A stretch of 64,000 nt of DNA from a virus. Its lineage: Duplodnaviria; Caudoviricetes. The DNA lies in IMG/VR virus record IMGVR_UViG_3300029305_003884, positions 114,043 to 178,042 of that record. One strand, written 5' to 3'. A model generated the notes under the pieces. That model was not told where the DNA came from. It saw only the letters and a list, made by a program, of their open reading frames with translations, and made no database searches. Position numbers and translations under genes: made by a program. Shown here piece by piece: positions 1 to 9,143 of this stretch. Within the stretch, counting starts at the first letter, position 1, and each line of letters starts with the position of its first letter.

Positions 1-302
1 AATACAAGGAAAACGGCGTCATCATATTCGATGCTGACGAGGCTGGAATTGACGACCTTCGTTCCGTTATGAACCTTGGATTCAAGTGGTTCGACTGGGG
101 TAAGCTTCGTAATGACAACCCTCAGTCAAAGGGTTTCGGCGGTAAGGTGAAGGATATCAACGATGCCGTGCTGAACTGTTCTGAAGTGAAGATGACACCA
201 GACGGTTATGTAGACCCTGAGTTCATTGCCAGCCACACTTACAGTGCCGAGGCTGGAATCATGTTGCTGAATCTGCGTTACGGGGCCCCTAAGAAGCGTT
301 AA
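1..302 (+). CDS. DNA primase, C-terminal part (TOPRIM; T4 gp61/DnaG-like); 5'-truncated
   Basis: Frame is open from the window edge (YKENGVIIFDADEAGIDDLRSVMNLG...). It has the TOPRIM DxD motif 'IIFDADEAG' and the downstream 'KDIND' motif typical of phage primases. Confidence 0.72.
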   Translation, partial: YKENGVIIFDADEAGIDDLRSVMNLGFKWFDWGKLRNDNPQSKGFGGKVKDINDAVLNCSEVKMTPDGYVDPEFIASHTYSAEAGIMLLNLRYGAPKKR

Positions 303-2616
303 GCTTGTCGTTGTGGTCCTTTGCGTATGCGTTATCCCAGTTACTGTCGTCAGTCAGGTTAGTATTGTCGAGTCCTACTTCCACTGTTGGAAGCAGTTGT
401 GCCAAGTCCAGATTTTCGGTATCGAACATTGCCAGTTTCGGGTCCTTCTGACTGATTTCAAGATGGATACACGGGTCGACTTCCTTCGGTCCGAAACCCT
501 TCGGGGCGTAATAGTCCATAAGCAGGGTCTGGTAGGAGTTGTCCTGTTTTCCGTTTGGCGTGTTCTTGTACGGTTCCGATGACATGTAGCAGATTGACGA
601 GAACTTCTTCATCTGTGCCTCGGTCACCTTCGGGAACTTTGCGTAACATACGCTCGTCGCAATATCGACACACTGGGAGACACTCGGGTCCTTCGTGTGG
701 TTGGAAACGGGGTTTTCATAGCCGAATGATTTGCACTTGGATATCATTGCGGCAAGTGCGGCCTTTGCTCCTGGTGAATTGGGAGGGAATGGTTCCTTTG
801 CGTATGCCTGAACATATACGGGCTTTCCGAAACGGTCGGTAACGATTGAGCCGTCCTTTGAAATCTTCGGTTCGAGACCGTCATTTCCCTTTCCATAGAA
901 CTTATACCAGATACGGGCGTACTCGTCGGTCACTGCACGTCCCTTAGAACCGTATGCTACAGTGGGCTGGCCAGTTTTCTGCATGCTGTTGAACATGATG
1001 GTGGCCTGTTTCTCGGGGCTTCTGTACAGAGATGTCACCATCACGTATTTCACCCCGGCCAGACGGGCCAGGTAAGTAATCACGTTCTTTGTCCTTGTGG
1101 ACATTTCGCCTTCCGTAGCCTTGTTGTCGATTGTAACGTCGGTTGCTGGGGGCAAGGTCGAAGCTACATTCTCATGTACGAGAACTCTTGCGGCGAAGAG
1201 TCCTTTCAGGTTGCGGGAAATCATGTTTATTCTCTTGCATCGGTTGTCAATGCGAGAAAGGTCTGTACCATACTCTGGCGGACGGAACCCGACGTATTTG
1301 TAAATCAAGTTTGCTTCGTCACAACGGCGTTTCCTCATGTCCATATCGAGTGACTCTGGGTTTGTTCCGTATGTGAGTCTGGAAAGGATGTCTGCTATGT
1401 AAGTGAAATACTGGTTGGCGAGCTTTTCGTCACGAGGAACACCCTCTACCGTAATCGACCTGGTGGAGTTCTTTTGTACTGTAACGACCTGTCCGTTTTG
1501 AATATACTTGTCACCTTTTAAAGGAACCATAGACAATGTCTTTGAGTATCCAAGGTGGTAATACATTCCTGTACGAAGGCAATAGCTCAAAAATGCCGAT
1601 GTTGCGTAGTTTCCGCTGACATCGCAAGCGAATCCAGAGGTCTTCAAGTAGCTAACCAAAGCTGTCTTAACACAATCGGGGCATGAGTTGTGGCTTAGCA
1701 TACCCCAATGGTAGTAAGGCCAATTCTGTTGGTAAACAATCGGGCCCCATACGGCCATTTGAACATAGCGGTAGAACGAGAATCTAATCTGGGTTTCGGT
1801 TAGTGTAAGTCCCTTCACGTCATCGTCAAGGTCATTATAAGTCTTCCCGAGTACGACGGCGTTGGATGCCTTCATAATTAGTTCAAACTGTTCTTCCTGA
1901 ATGCCGCCCTTCACGTCGCCTTGCGGTTCGCCATTCTCGTCAACCGTCACGACAGCAAATATCTTTTTGAGAACCATCTCACGGGTACTGCCACCGATAT
2001 CGAGAGGGATACCAGCGCCGATGTAGATGCTTCCTTCCGAATCATAGATGGTCGGGCTCTTCTTAATCTCATGGTCATAGAGGAATGACCAGTCAGGCAT
2101 GAAATGTCCTCTACGGAAACACGAACCCATGCTGATGGGAAGGCCTCCCAATCCGATAAGGAGAGGCGGTAGAATGTCGATATCGTACGGGTTCAGGCCC
2201 ATAGCGGCGGCGTTTGCGGAATACATGCTTTCGGCGGATGCTCCGACAGGGGCAAAAACACCGCTAGCGGATATACCCGCCTGAATCGTGTCGGTCTTTG
2301 CCTTGGTACAGGTAAGGAAACCATCGAGCTTGTTGATGATTTCTTCCAGCTTCGTTGTCATAACGCCATAGGACTCGTTTCCAAGGAAATCCTTTATCAT
2401 GTCGGAGATAGCGGAAGCGAGAGCGCTCATGCGGCGTTTGTTGTACTCTGGTACGGAATCTCGTTGCCAAGGGGTCAAGCCGTTGCTTTCGTCGTCGATG
2501 TCATAGAAACCGTACTTGTTCAGAATCGAGTAGAAAGCACCTTCCCTGTCGGTGGTCTGTGCAGCAGCATCGTCGATAGCTGTCTTGAGTTCCCCTGTGT
2601 AGTGACCTGAAATCAT
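289..2616 (-). CDS. Multidomain virion-associated peptidoglycan hydrolase (lysozyme-like plus M15 Zn-peptidase-like)
   Basis: GH24/pesticin-like 'FLYDHE..PTIYDSEGSIYIGAG' and the closing helix 'RRCDEANL'. C-terminal M15-like motifs 'VTSLYRSPEKQ', 'SNH...CVDI' and 'IHLEI'. Confidence 0.55.
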   Translation of the reverse strand: MISGHYTGELKTAIDDAAAQTTDREGAFYSILNKYGFYDIDDESNGLTPWQRDSVPEYNKRRMSALASAISDMIKDFLGNESYGVMTTKLEEIINKLDGFLTCTKAKTDTIQAGISASGVFAPVGASAESMYSANAAAMGLNPYDIDILPPLLIGLGGLPISMGSCFRRGHFMPDWSFLYDHEIKKSPTIYDSEGSIYIGAGIPLDIGGSTREMVLKKIFAVVTVDENGEPQGDVKGGIQEEQFELIMKASNAVVLGKTYNDLDDDVKGLTLTETQIRFSFYRYVQMAVWGPIVYQQNWPYYHWGMLSHNSCPDCVKTALVSYLKTSGFACDVSGNYATSAFLSYCLRTGMYYHLGYSKTLSMVPLKGDKYIQNGQVVTVQKNSTRSITVEGVPRDEKLANQYFTYIADILSRLTYGTNPESLDMDMRKRRCDEANLIYKYVGFRPPEYGTDLSRIDNRCKRINMISRNLKGLFAARVLVHENVASTLPPATDVTIDNKATEGEMSTRTKNVITYLARLAGVKYVMVTSLYRSPEKQATIMFNSMQKTGQPTVAYGSKGRAVTDEYARIWYKFYGKGNDGLEPKISKDGSIVTDRFGKPVYVQAYAKEPFPPNSPGAKAALAAMISKCKSFGYENPVSNHTKDPSVSQCVDIATSVCYAKFPKVTEAQMKKFSSICYMSSEPYKNTPNGKQDNSYQTLLMDYYAPKGFGPKEVDPCIHLEISQKDPKLAMFDTENLDLAQLLPTVEVGLDNTNLTDDSNWDNAYAKDHNDKLNAS

Positions 2617-3326
2617 TTCTTTTTCCCTCTGAGATGGATAATGACGCTACCGTTTTCGCCGTTGTTCTTTCCGCTGTGTCCCTTACCGACGAACGTGTAG
2701 TCCATTTGCTTGCCGTCATGCATGAATGTCAGCTTTACATCCTTTTCTATGAACCCAGTTCCATTGCATACGCTGCATTTTTCCTGAGGTTCAAGCCCAC
2801 GACCGTTGCAGAATTTACATGCGAGGACTACGTCATGGAGACCATCATCTTTGCGTTCGACCGTGCGAACCTTACCGATACCGTTGCAATGGGTGCATTT
2901 CCTGAACCTGCTGGCACCAGTGCCCGAGCAGTTGTAGCACAGGCACCTGCGGACGTACTTTACGCTGATTTCGCCTGGGCAGAACAGCTTTTCGTCACTC
3001 AACCTTATGGTGCGGGTTACGTTCCTTCCCCGTTTCTGGTATTTCTTGTCGACTGGCTTCTTGTGGAAGTTCTTGCAGATGTTGCATTCGCCGAATAGCT
3101 TTGACCATAGTGTAAAATCGGAGTTGTTCTGGTGTTCACGGTCATATTTCTTACGGAGTTCTTCTGTTTTAATCAGATTGTATGCTTCCGTGATTTCAGC
3201 CATCTTGTCGGAAGTGTCCGATTTAGAGTGGTCGGGGTGAAACTGTATCGCCAACTGGCGGTACGCCTCTTTCACCTGTTTGTCGGTGCAATCTGGCTCT
3301 AAGTTTAGTACGCTATACGGGTTCAT
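2613..3326 (-). CDS. dnaJ: DnaJ-family chaperone (J domain, Zn finger, short C-terminus)
   Basis: 'NPYSVL...YRQLAIQFHPD' J domain with HPD and four CxxCxGxG repeats. Start placed at ATG 3326 because the promoter motif lies at 3348-3357. ATGA overlap with the downstream gene. Confidence 0.92.
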   Translation of the reverse strand: MNPYSVLNLEPDCTDKQVKEAYRQLAIQFHPDHSKSDTSDKMAEITEAYNLIKTEELRKKYDREHQNNSDFTLWSKLFGECNICKNFHKKPVDKKYQKRGRNVTRTIRLSDEKLFCPGEISVKYVRRCLCYNCSGTGASRFRKCTHCNGIGKVRTVERKDDGLHDVVLACKFCNGRGLEPQEKCSVCNGTGFIEKDVKLTFMHDGKQMDYTFVGKGHSGKNNGENGSVIIHLRGKKK

Positions 3327-3347
3327 TTTGTGCCTCTTTTTCACTCA

Positions 3348-3395
3348 ATAGTTTATATTGCGTGCGGGAAATCGTGCCGCTATATTATAAACTAT
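3348..3395. promoter_or_regulatory. Back-to-back late-type promoters TATAAACTAT (- at 3348-3357, + at 3386-3395)
   Basis: Exact motif on both strands, each pointing into a gene start; resembles the T4 late promoter TATAAATA. Confidence 0.8.
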
Positions 3396-3419
3396 GTTAG
3401 AATAATGCTGGATTGACTT

Positions 3420-3914
3420 ATGGATGCAAAAATTCTGACAGAAGCTCACTGGAAACGCAAAAAGACCAAGGGCAAGAAAGGTGGAACGCCTAGGTTCCAG
3501 CCAACGATTGGGTTTGGTTCCCGTAAATTTATCGGTGCATACGCTCCTGGAAGAGCGTATGGCCCAGCATTCCCTATGGGTTTCGGTTGGGGCGAGATGT
3601 CAAGCGTTCCTGGCGGCCCTTGCGGAGACGGTACGGTGGCTGCCGACGCATCTGGTGCTATGGAAGCTGCCGAGGGAGTAGCGAACGACGACGAAGACTT
3701 GATGATTAGCGACAGGGATAAGCTCATTTATGCCCTTCGTGGAATCATCGAGAACGCCAAGGTTGCCTACGAGGCGGTTACTGGCGTTCCGTATGACGAA
3801 GAAGACGATGTCCCCGAGAAGAAGGATGAAAACCCATCCGAACAGGAAGAGCCAGGTGAAGTCGAATATGACGATGACGATGGCCCAGACGAAGACGGTA
3901 GTGACGATAACTAA
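3420..3914 (+). CDS. Hypothetical protein, basic N-terminus and acidic C-terminus (candidate head-internal protein)
   Basis: 164 aa behind the late motif; begins MDAKILTE-AHWKRKKTKGKK; D/E-rich tail. Confidence 0.65.
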   Translation: MDAKILTEAHWKRKKTKGKKGGTPRFQPTIGFGSRKFIGAYAPGRAYGPAFPMGFGWGEMSSVPGGPCGDGTVAADASGAMEAAEGVANDDEDLMISDRDKLIYALRGIIENAKVAYEAVTGVPYDEEDDVPEKKDENPSEQEEPGEVEYDDDDGPDEDGSDDN

Positions 3915-3925
3915 GCGGTAAGGTT

Positions 3926-6103
3926 ATGGATAATAATGACGTCCTACAAGATGTAGTTGACAGCGTCTACCAGAAGACGTTGCTTAGTATACCAGCATCG
4001 GTTACATCTATTGCTGACGCCGTCAATGATGAGTTCATCAACAATTTCATCATGTTCTTCAAGGGAAGTCGGTTGGATTCCGTTCCTCTGTTGGACCCTC
4101 TTAACGACAAAAGCCGTCAAAAGGTGATAGAGCTTTTCGAGTCAATCGAAACTGACTTCTACAAAACCAGCAATAGTACGACAGACGTATCGACATTGCA
4201 TAGGGACATGAACACCCTTAATATGTACCTTGACGGCAGGAAATCCTATGACGATGTGGTGAAGGATGCATACCATAACGTACAGAATATGGCGGGTGCG
4301 AACGCTGAAGCCGCTGAGCTTGTCAATAAGGTGAATGAGAAAAGACAGGGTATTCAGGCGTTCATGAGGCAGCGTGGGTCTTCATACGACAACGATACTC
4401 GTGAAGGAATACGCACGCATTTCTTGGAAAACGGTCTTATTTTCGAGACGACCGACTCGCAGGGTAATCCTATCGACAAGATAGTACCCGAGGAAATGCA
4501 GAAGCGTCCGAGTGAAGTTGAGGAACTGATGAACGCCGTCATGCAAGTAGTCAATAATGCCAGAACGATTACTGGTATTTCTGACTGTAGATGGGCGGGC
4601 TTTCTTTCGGCATCTGGCCTTAAAATTGGTAAAGAGATTGTCGGTAGCGTTGAACGGGGTGACCCTATCATGCATGCATACCAGGCATGCCAGACGGTGG
4701 CCGAGGCAAGTAAGGAAAGGGCTCTTCTTCTCAAAAAGAACATCGTTCATAACGAAGAAACTTCTTTGTCGTATTCGGGTGACCCGTACATGTCATTATT
4801 GTTTGACATGATTAAGGAAGGGAAGGTGACTAAGGAGCCTACTGGCCCTATAACTATCGTTGATGCAACTAAGATAACGGTAGATGATATCAGAACACTC
4901 TATAATCATGTAAAGAGCGCTTTGTTCAATCTAGGCCCGATTGAGACCAGTCCAGTACAGTTCACCGAGAACTTCGATGAGAAGGCAATGCGCTTGAAAG
5001 AATATATCGAGTTCATGAATAGCCGTGAGATTAGCTCTATTGTCGCTCAGGACAAAACACTAAAGAGCAATATGACGAAGTTGATTGCGGCATACATCCT
5101 ATCAAAGTCGGTGCATGATACATTTGATGGTTGTAGCATGATGTACTCGAAGACTGACGTCACGATGGATGATGGAAAGCTTCCATCGCTGGACACATTC
5201 AAACAGGCAATAGACACGAACTGCAAGTCATTCCCTAATTCGGACATTGACAGGGACTATATCTTTGACTACAAGATAATGTTCACGTCTGAAATACCGT
5301 ATTTCCCGATTGAACAAATTGTCAAACATAATCCGATTCTCTATAACCTGATGGTTGAATACTCCCGCAGTTGCATGGATGACTTTACATCAAGGGTAAT
5401 GGAAAAGCGTGCCAACTCAAACATACCCGTACAACATATTTCGGGTGAGTTTGCTGACCACTTTAACGAACAGATGCGAGGTGTTGCACGTATTGATGAG
5501 TACTGCGAGAAATTGAAGATATCTACACTGGTTAATCCGACTCAGTTTGCCGATGCTTTCAATGCGGTATCTAACGGGATTGCTTATGCATCCAGCAAGG
5601 ATATTAACGACACGGAGACTGAGTACAGGCTTTGGTCAATTCTGAAGACTCTTGCAAGCAAGACGCCCGAAGCTCTCGGAAATGACGTGAAGAAGGAATT
5701 CATCAATGTCTCACATGTACAAGAAGACCTGTTGTTTAGACTGAATCTTGCTATCAGTGCTGGCGTTCTTTCAAAGAAATCGGGATACCACTTCTCGGGT
5801 AACTTCGGTACGGTTACGGAAGGACGAAATCCACAGGCCACACGTATCGACCGAATCATGAAGATATTCTATGCATATATTATTGGGTTGCGTTTCATTA
5901 AGACTAATGCCGCATTGGCAATGGTGGGCTACCCAAGAATAATGAGCATGAAACTGGTCAAGCCTTACATGAACAAGATATATGAATTGGTGAAGGAATA
6001 CAATACCGCCTTTGAGGAAAACCATGCCGAGACATTGCAATGCTCACGGGAGTGGTCGGATAAAATAATTGCCGAGCTTGAAAGGTGTTTTAGGAGGGTT
6101 TAA
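3926..6103 (+). CDS. Hypothetical protein (725 aa)
   Basis: Long ORF with AAGG upstream, in an operon; no motif recognised. Confidence 0.75.
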   Translation: MDNNDVLQDVVDSVYQKTLLSIPASVTSIADAVNDEFINNFIMFFKGSRLDSVPLLDPLNDKSRQKVIELFESIETDFYKTSNSTTDVSTLHRDMNTLNMYLDGRKSYDDVVKDAYHNVQNMAGANAEAAELVNKVNEKRQGIQAFMRQRGSSYDNDTREGIRTHFLENGLIFETTDSQGNPIDKIVPEEMQKRPSEVEELMNAVMQVVNNARTITGISDCRWAGFLSASGLKIGKEIVGSVERGDPIMHAYQACQTVAEASKERALLLKKNIVHNEETSLSYSGDPYMSLLFDMIKEGKVTKEPTGPITIVDATKITVDDIRTLYNHVKSALFNLGPIETSPVQFTENFDEKAMRLKEYIEFMNSREISSIVAQDKTLKSNMTKLIAAYILSKSVHDTFDGCSMMYSKTDVTMDDGKLPSLDTFKQAIDTNCKSFPNSDIDRDYIFDYKIMFTSEIPYFPIEQIVKHNPILYNLMVEYSRSCMDDFTSRVMEKRANSNIPVQHISGEFADHFNEQMRGVARIDEYCEKLKISTLVNPTQFADAFNAVSNGIAYASSKDINDTETEYRLWSILKTLASKTPEALGNDVKKEFINVSHVQEDLLFRLNLAISAGVLSKKSGYHFSGNFGTVTEGRNPQATRIDRIMKIFYAYIIGLRFIKTNAALAMVGYPRIMSMKLVKPYMNKIYELVKEYNTAFEENHAETLQCSREWSDKIIAELERCFRRV

Positions 6104-6105
6104 AG

Positions 6106-7497
6106 ATGTCCGCTAGGTTGGAACTTTACAAATATACAGGAAAGGATGGAGACTTCGGCACACATGTCGAGAGTCTTGGTCTCAAACGCATCGACACATG
6201 CGTTCCCTCGGTTTACTCTGATAAACATTCGGACGGAGAAACTAAACCGTCGGATGATGCAAGCGACAGTGCGACATACTGCATTTACAGGCCTGACGAC
6301 CCTGAGTGCAAGGCATACTCTTTCGAGTGTGTTTTCAAGCTCGTGTTGAAGGACCCGCCCGATGTACAGTTGAGCAACGTACGTCTGTATCCAGTCGGAC
6401 CTCGACCAGAGGAACCAGATACTGCAAGGCTGTATATAGGCAATTCGGTGGACTATCACCAGCCGACGAACAGCAAGTCGGTAATCGCCGTAAACGACAT
6501 CTGGAATTACAGCAAGGACCATCCATTCTACCTGACGGTGGCTGGAAACAGCGGTCAGATGCTCGACTATCGTCTGACGAATACGTCGTACAATGTCGAG
6601 TGGAAGGACTATGGTTTTGGCAACGTAATGGTCATGAACGGTATCCGTCAGCCGATGATACCAGTCCCGAACAAGCAGGACGGTACTCCTGTAATGATTA
6701 CGTTCTTCAACCACACGTTCATGCCTACCGAGGACGACTTCATCAGGTTTGTCGACCCGGCCACAGGCGTAGACATCACTGGCGACAGCTCCTTTGTCGT
6801 AGACCGTGGAGTTGGCGAGAATAACGTGAAGTATCTGACGATATCGGTTGACGTGAAGTTTATGCTCGCCCACCCGAAGGGAATCATCTATCATATTCCT
6901 GGTTTCCCTCCGACTACTGGCTACTTTATTTCATGGGCGTTGTTGCCTTCTCAGGCCGAACCTGGTGGAAAGGTTACGGACAAGTTGATTGAGACAGTGG
7001 ACGTGCAGGTTAAGTGCGGTCCACACGGTCATCCAGAATACTACCTTAACGGTGCAAGGAAGCCAATGCTGACCTTGGCCCCTGGTGTAATCTACCATTT
7101 CATCAACCATGACGGCTCCCGTTTCCCGATGAGGTTCATCAAGGATTGCCGAATCCCGAACGCCGCTGATGTTAATAACATAGTGGTTGATGGCGTAACT
7201 GTCCTCAACGGGGGTACTGACCAGGAAGAAATCTTTGTTGACCCAGAAATTACCTTGAAACATGGTGCCTGCATAAACGCCTACGAGGCTGTATGCGAGC
7301 TGAATGTTGGTAATTCGGCGTTCGTCCACCCGATTTGCATGGTCGGAAACTACAATATCTGCCGTCCGATGGGTTCGATTTACAACCCGATGCTGGCGGG
7401 AGAGACGGATTACGTCTACTTGCAGCTTGAAATCGACGGAAAGACCAAGCCAGGGTACTGTGTTCCCGACATTAAGATAGAATATGATGAAAACTAA
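6106..7497 (+). CDS. Putative virion structural protein (beta-rich)
   Basis: RBS AGGAGG. 'YLNGARKPMLTLAPGVIYHF' and the related 'VMNGIRQPMI' resemble segments of T4-like virion/baseplate proteins. Confidence 0.5.
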   Translation: MSARLELYKYTGKDGDFGTHVESLGLKRIDTCVPSVYSDKHSDGETKPSDDASDSATYCIYRPDDPECKAYSFECVFKLVLKDPPDVQLSNVRLYPVGPRPEEPDTARLYIGNSVDYHQPTNSKSVIAVNDIWNYSKDHPFYLTVAGNSGQMLDYRLTNTSYNVEWKDYGFGNVMVMNGIRQPMIPVPNKQDGTPVMITFFNHTFMPTEDDFIRFVDPATGVDITGDSSFVVDRGVGENNVKYLTISVDVKFMLAHPKGIIYHIPGFPPTTGYFISWALLPSQAEPGGKVTDKLIETVDVQVKCGPHGHPEYYLNGARKPMLTLAPGVIYHFINHDGSRFPMRFIKDCRIPNAADVNNIVVDGVTVLNGGTDQEEIFVDPEITLKHGACINAYEAVCELNVGNSAFVHPICMVGNYNICRPMGSIYNPMLAGETDYVYLQLEIDGKTKPGYCVPDIKIEYDEN

Positions 7498-7519
7498 TTT
7501 TTAACAGCTGATTAAATCC

Positions 7520-7529
7520 TATAAACTAT
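7520..7529 (+). promoter_or_regulatory. Late-type promoter TATAAACTAT
   Basis: Exact motif upstream of ATG 7561. Confidence 0.8.
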
Positions 7530-7560
7530 GTGTATAATGAATCGTTTTACGAGGAAGAAA

Positions 7561-9033
7561 ATGTCTAACGAAAAAGAACAGAAACCAACGGTGCTTGAAG
7601 CAAACATGGCCTTTGATGCTTCGCCCGCTCTTTTCGAGTCAATTATGAACGAAGGTCCCATCAAGTATGGACCGGAAGACGACGGTATTGACATGATTAC
7701 TACCCCAGAAGGTGATGAGGTTGTAGACCCTCGTACCATCATGGACGTTAATATCGAAGCTCCCGTACAGTCTGGTGCGACATTCAATTCAACAGTTGAC
7801 CCGATTTCCGATGAAGAAGGCGACAACTACATGAGTCAGTTCCAGGACTACATCGAGAATATCCACAAGCAGGAAATCACTGATGACGATATTGACGTGG
7901 CTGGTGCAACGATTCAGATGTTGAATAACACTAGACAGGACGTTGCTGGTTACATCCGTCAGCAGATTGCCGACGCATCCGAACGTCTTAGCAAGCAGAA
8001 TGCCAACCCTGCACAGCCTGATGGCGTTGTTGCCGACATGACTGGCGAGGGCCGTATCCCGAGCGAAGGTACTGCTGGTGTTAGCGATGGTGCCGAAGGT
8101 GGTCTGGAACCTGGCATGGAAGAAGGCGCACCTGACCTTGGCGATGGCGGACTTGTCGAACTCGACACTACCACTCATCTCACCCCAGAGGAAGATGCTG
8201 GTGCTGGTGAAGACCTTGGTGCCATGTCTTCTGACCCCGACTTCGGTATTGGCGGTTTTGATGCTGGTAACGAAGCTCCTGCTGAACCTGCCGAACCTGC
8301 TCTTGAAGAGCCTGCTGAACCTGCTGCTGGTGAAGAAACTCCTGCCGAACCTGAAAGTGCAGAAGAACCTGCAGGAGGAGAGGAAGAGTACGACCCTTTT
8401 AGCGACCTAGACCTTGGCGACGAAGAACCGAAGTCCGGCGAAGGTGCTTCCGAGGAAGGTGCTGCTGAAGGTGGCGAATCGGAAAGTGGCGAAGTTTCAG
8501 AAGATGAACTTCCTGGTGTCGTTGACGATGGCGAAGGCGAAGGCGATGGTGACGGCGAAGAAGAGGACAAGGGTGAAAAGCCGTTGACTGAATCCGTCCA
8601 GATGAGAAACTTTCGTGCCCGTCTCGAATCCGTGCTGAACAACTACGACAGAATCTGTAAGCAGCGTGAAGCACAGGCAAAGTGCGAAGCCATTGTGAAC
8701 GCAGCCAACAAGAAGATGCTCGCTGAATCCGTACAGCAAAAGAACCTCAAGGCGCAGTGCGAATCTATCGTTGGTGCTTACCGTAAGGCCACTAGCCAGA
8801 GCAGACTGAAAACCAAGCTTGAATCTATCGTTGGCAAGTACAACCAGCAGAAGATGCTCGCTGAATCGGCTTCTTTCGCTGCTCCGCAGAGTAAGCCTAT
8901 GCTTGAAAGCGAAAACCGTCTTGCAATGATGAAGGCTCAGTGCGAGTCCATCGTTAGCGACTTCCGCAGGGCAGAATCCACTGCAAATGCGGCAAAGGCG
9001 ATTATCGATAACTACAAGCAGAAGCTCGCCTAA
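7561..9033 (+). CDS. Acidic low-complexity protein with repeated (L/C)ES(I/V) helices; candidate prohead core/internal protein
   Basis: GAGGA RBS before ATG 7561. E/G/P/A-rich centre; C-terminal repeats RLESVL, KCEAIV, QCESIV, KLESIV and KMLAES (x2). Confidence 0.65.
   Translation: MSNEKEQKPTVLEANMAFDASPALFESIMNEGPIKYGPEDDGIDMITTPEGDEVVDPRTIMDVNIEAPVQSGATFNSTVDPISDEEGDNYMSQFQDYIENIHKQEITDDDIDVAGATIQMLNNTRQDVAGYIRQQIADASERLSKQNANPAQPDGVVADMTGEGRIPSEGTAGVSDGAEGGLEPGMEEGAPDLGDGGLVELDTTTHLTPEEDAGAGEDLGAMSSDPDFGIGGFDAGNEAPAEPAEPALEEPAEPAAGEETPAEPESAEEPAGGEEEYDPFSDLDLGDEEPKSGEGASEEGAAEGGESESGEVSEDELPGVVDDGEGEGDGDGEEEDKGEKPLTESVQMRNFRARLESVLNNYDRICKQREAQAKCEAIVNAANKKMLAESVQQKNLKAQCESIVGAYRKATSQSRLKTKLESIVGKYNQQKMLAESASFAAPQSKPMLESENRLAMMKAQCESIVSDFRRAESTANAAKAIIDNYKQKLA
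8711..8867 (+). repeat. Intragenic duplicated segments
   Basis: AGAAGATGCTCGCTGAATC at 8711 and 8849; GAATCTATCGTTGG at 8761 and 8821. Confidence 0.8.
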
Positions 9034-9059
9034 TACGGTCTGTAATATATTTCATTAGA

Positions 9060-9087
9060 CGGCGTAAGTATTTACGCCGCCTTTTTT
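9060..9087 (+). terminator. Rho-independent terminator
   Basis: CGGCGTAA/TTACGCCG stem followed by a T6 run. Confidence 0.8.
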
Positions 9088-9110
9088 ATGGTCTGAAATT
9101 CGTACCAGAT

Positions 9111-9120
9111 TATAAACTAT
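9111..9120 (+). promoter_or_regulatory. Late-type promoter TATAAACTAT
   Basis: Exact motif upstream of the baseplate operon. Confidence 0.82.
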
Positions 9121-9143
9121 TTTTGAAATAAAGGCAGTTTATT

